A stretch of DNA of 64,000 bases from a bacterium. Lineage in GTDB: Bacteria; UBA8248. The stretch spans positions 384,001 to 448,000 of the forward strand of contig CBDBBI010000010.1 of the NCBI GenBank assembly GCA_965202625.1, in the 5' to 3' direction. The notes beneath the pieces were generated by a model. That model saw only the letters and a list, made by a program, of their open reading frames with translations, did not search any database and was not told the DNA's origin. A program made the position numbers and the translations under genes. Within the stretch, counting starts at the first letter, position 1, and every line of letters begins with the position of its first letter. Of the stretch, positions 62,201 to 64,000 are shown in pieces.

Positions 62201-63497
62201 GACGGATTCACTCCGCCAAATCGTTCCGAAGGACATGCGCGAACGAGCGGGGCTCAAGGATGACGCCTGGATTGAGAACGTCGCGGGACCAAAGAGTCGG
62301 CTCGCCAAGGCGGAGGCGGAAGTATGCGCAGATTACAAAGAGATGTCGAAGACTAAGGATACTCTCATCAAGGAGCAGCCTTCCAGGTGGACTGACAAAG
62401 TCAAACAACTGCAAAAACGTATGAAAACCATCGCCGGCGAACAAACCTTGAATTTCCTCTCACGCAAGGCCGTCATACCGAAATACGGGTTTCCGGTCGA
62501 CGTCGTCGAACTCGATACTCGGCCCGAATACGGCAACCGGACGGGCGTCACGCTCCAGAGAGATTTGTCCCAGGCTATCGCTGAATACGCGCCGGGCGGG
62601 AAGGTGGTGGCCAACAAACAAGAGTGGGAATCATGCGGCGTGAAGGTGGTGCCCGGAAAGGCATGGCCAGTCCGACGTTATCAATACGATGACGCCCGCA
62701 ATTTTGCGCAATGGAATGAAGGTGATCCATCCAGCTCGCACAAGCGCCTGGGGAATATGCAAGCTTATGGGAAATACTTGATCCCGGAGTTTGGTTTCGT
62801 AACGCCGTTGTTCAAGAAGCCCGAGAAGCCGAGCCGGCGAGCGCAACGATTGTACACAACCCGGCCGTTCTTTGGAGGCTTCGCTAACGACCCTCGTCTC
62901 GAAACTAAGACAATCCTCGGCGTCCAAATCACTAAAGCGGTGCCTGGTACCCTGGTCATATTATGCGAGGGCAAGAACAGGGAAGGCTTCTATATCTGCC
63001 GTTCGTGCGGCGCCCACATGACAGCGAAGAAAGCCGAGCACAAATCCCCCTCGGGTTCCGAATGTCGAGGCACCTTGGAACGCTTCTCGCTTGGGCACGA
63101 ACTGGTCACGGATGTGGTGCGCTTGCAGTTTCCGGGACTGCGTGACGAATGGAAGGCCTATTCCGTCGCCTACGCTGTCCTGCTCGGCGCGGCGAAGGCG
63201 CTGGACGTTCCGGATATGGACCTGAACGTGACGATTACGGGCGGCGGCGATTCGGATGCGTCCGCGATCGTGCTCTACGACAACGTGCCTGGCGGAGCCG
63301 GACTGGTGGAGCAACTGGAGCGGGAGAGCGTCTTCAGAGAGACGCTTCAAAACGCGCGCGCGCGGGTGGAGGGCAACTGTGGCTGCGACGCAAGCTGTTA
63401 CGGCTGCCTGCGCAGCTACCGCAACCAATTCGCGCATCCGCATCTGGATCGAGAGCAAGCGTTGCAAGCGTTGGAATCCCAACTCGCGCACGCATGA
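59227..63497 (+). CDS. DEAD/DEAH-box SF2 helicase with C-terminal DUF1998 (DruE/MrfA-like); frameshifted at T10 59311-59320
   Basis: ATGTASGKTE, LYPMNALANDQ, DEAH, TSAT, FADSRQ, STTFEVGVD, QRVGRAGRR, CGCDASCYGCL; GGAGGT RBS before ATG 59227; main ORF 59334-63497. Confidence 0.9.
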
Positions 63498-63644
63498 GAA
63501 CTTCAGGTTGTCTTCTCGTCGCAAGAGGCCTTGCAAGCCCTGGAATTCCGACAGCGTAGCTATGGCGCTGGACATCCCCTGAATTTGCTTGGTCCTGGGT
63601 CGGTTATTTCGGCTCTTTGGGGTTCTCATTTCACGGATGGAATC

Positions 63645-63803
63645 TCAATCGCCGCCTTTGATGAGCGCGGAGAACGTGGCGATGATTCCGTTGTCGTAAA
63701 GCGTCCATGCCGTCACCACCACCACGAGCGTCAAAACGCTGAGGAGCAGATATTCGAGCAAGCCATGCTTGGCGACGGATTTTTGGGAATTTCGTTTTGT
63801 CAT
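63645..63803 (-). CDS. Flp/type IVb pilin-like small protein (52 aa)
   Basis: MTKRNSQKSVAKHGLLEYLLLSVLTLVVVVTAW...: basic leader, G-x-x-EY followed by a hydrophobic helix. Confidence 0.5.
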   Translation of the reverse strand: MTKRNSQKSVAKHGLLEYLLLSVLTLVVVVTAWTLYDNGIIATFSALIKGGD

Positions 63804-64000
63804 GCGGGGGTTCTCGCGCTATGAGGGCCATGAAAAAGATGGAGGCGGTCGTGCACATTATAAACGCGACTCCTCGCTGGCGAAACCGGGCGCGCGGCGG
63901 GGAATGAAAATCTGAATGGACAAGGGTGGGGCATCCGTTTATGGTATGGTATAGATTGTCTGTCATTCTCCCGGGGAGTTTTGTATTGGGCATGGATTCC

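Noticed and set aside
56430-63640. Integrase, att sites or terminal repeats bounding the helicase module
   Set aside because: None found by eye, so it is not called a mobile element

Overview
Bacterial chromosomal window (roughly mid-50s % GC), probably from a Nitrospinota/Tectomicrobia-like, possibly host-associated organism. This taxonomy is inferred from the gene repertoire, not proven. Most of the window is metabolic or housekeeping: oxidoreductases, M24 peptidase, MsrP, CBS/cystathionine lyase, ETF, ApbC, ddl, a Rieske/split cytochrome b6-type complex, octaheme cytochrome c, RelA/SpoT, endonuclease V, peptide ABC transporter, HDAC, HtrA-like protease and CopA. It carries many pseudogenes, including pgk. 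No rRNA, tRNA, CRISPR array or transposase was seen. Three loci stand out. (1) At 56.7-63.5 kb is a two-gene Druantia/DUF1998-helicase-type module. Its partner protein ends in an in-frame RNA polymerase omega (RpoZ) domain. An out-of-frame remnant resembling archaeal/eukaryotic ribosomal protein L13e follows and overlaps the helicase start, suggesting a swap of a host-machinery-mimicking C-terminal domain. The helicase 5' end is frameshifted at a T10 tract. (2) At 38.4-46.2 kb is an uncharacterised ATP-grasp / DUF1611-like P-loop / ATP-grasp / NTT-HEAT-cNMP cluster. (3) At 21.4-23.8 kb is a split CFA-synthase-like methyltransferase flanking a geranylgeranyl-reductase-like gene, a candidate methyl-branched lipid pathway.
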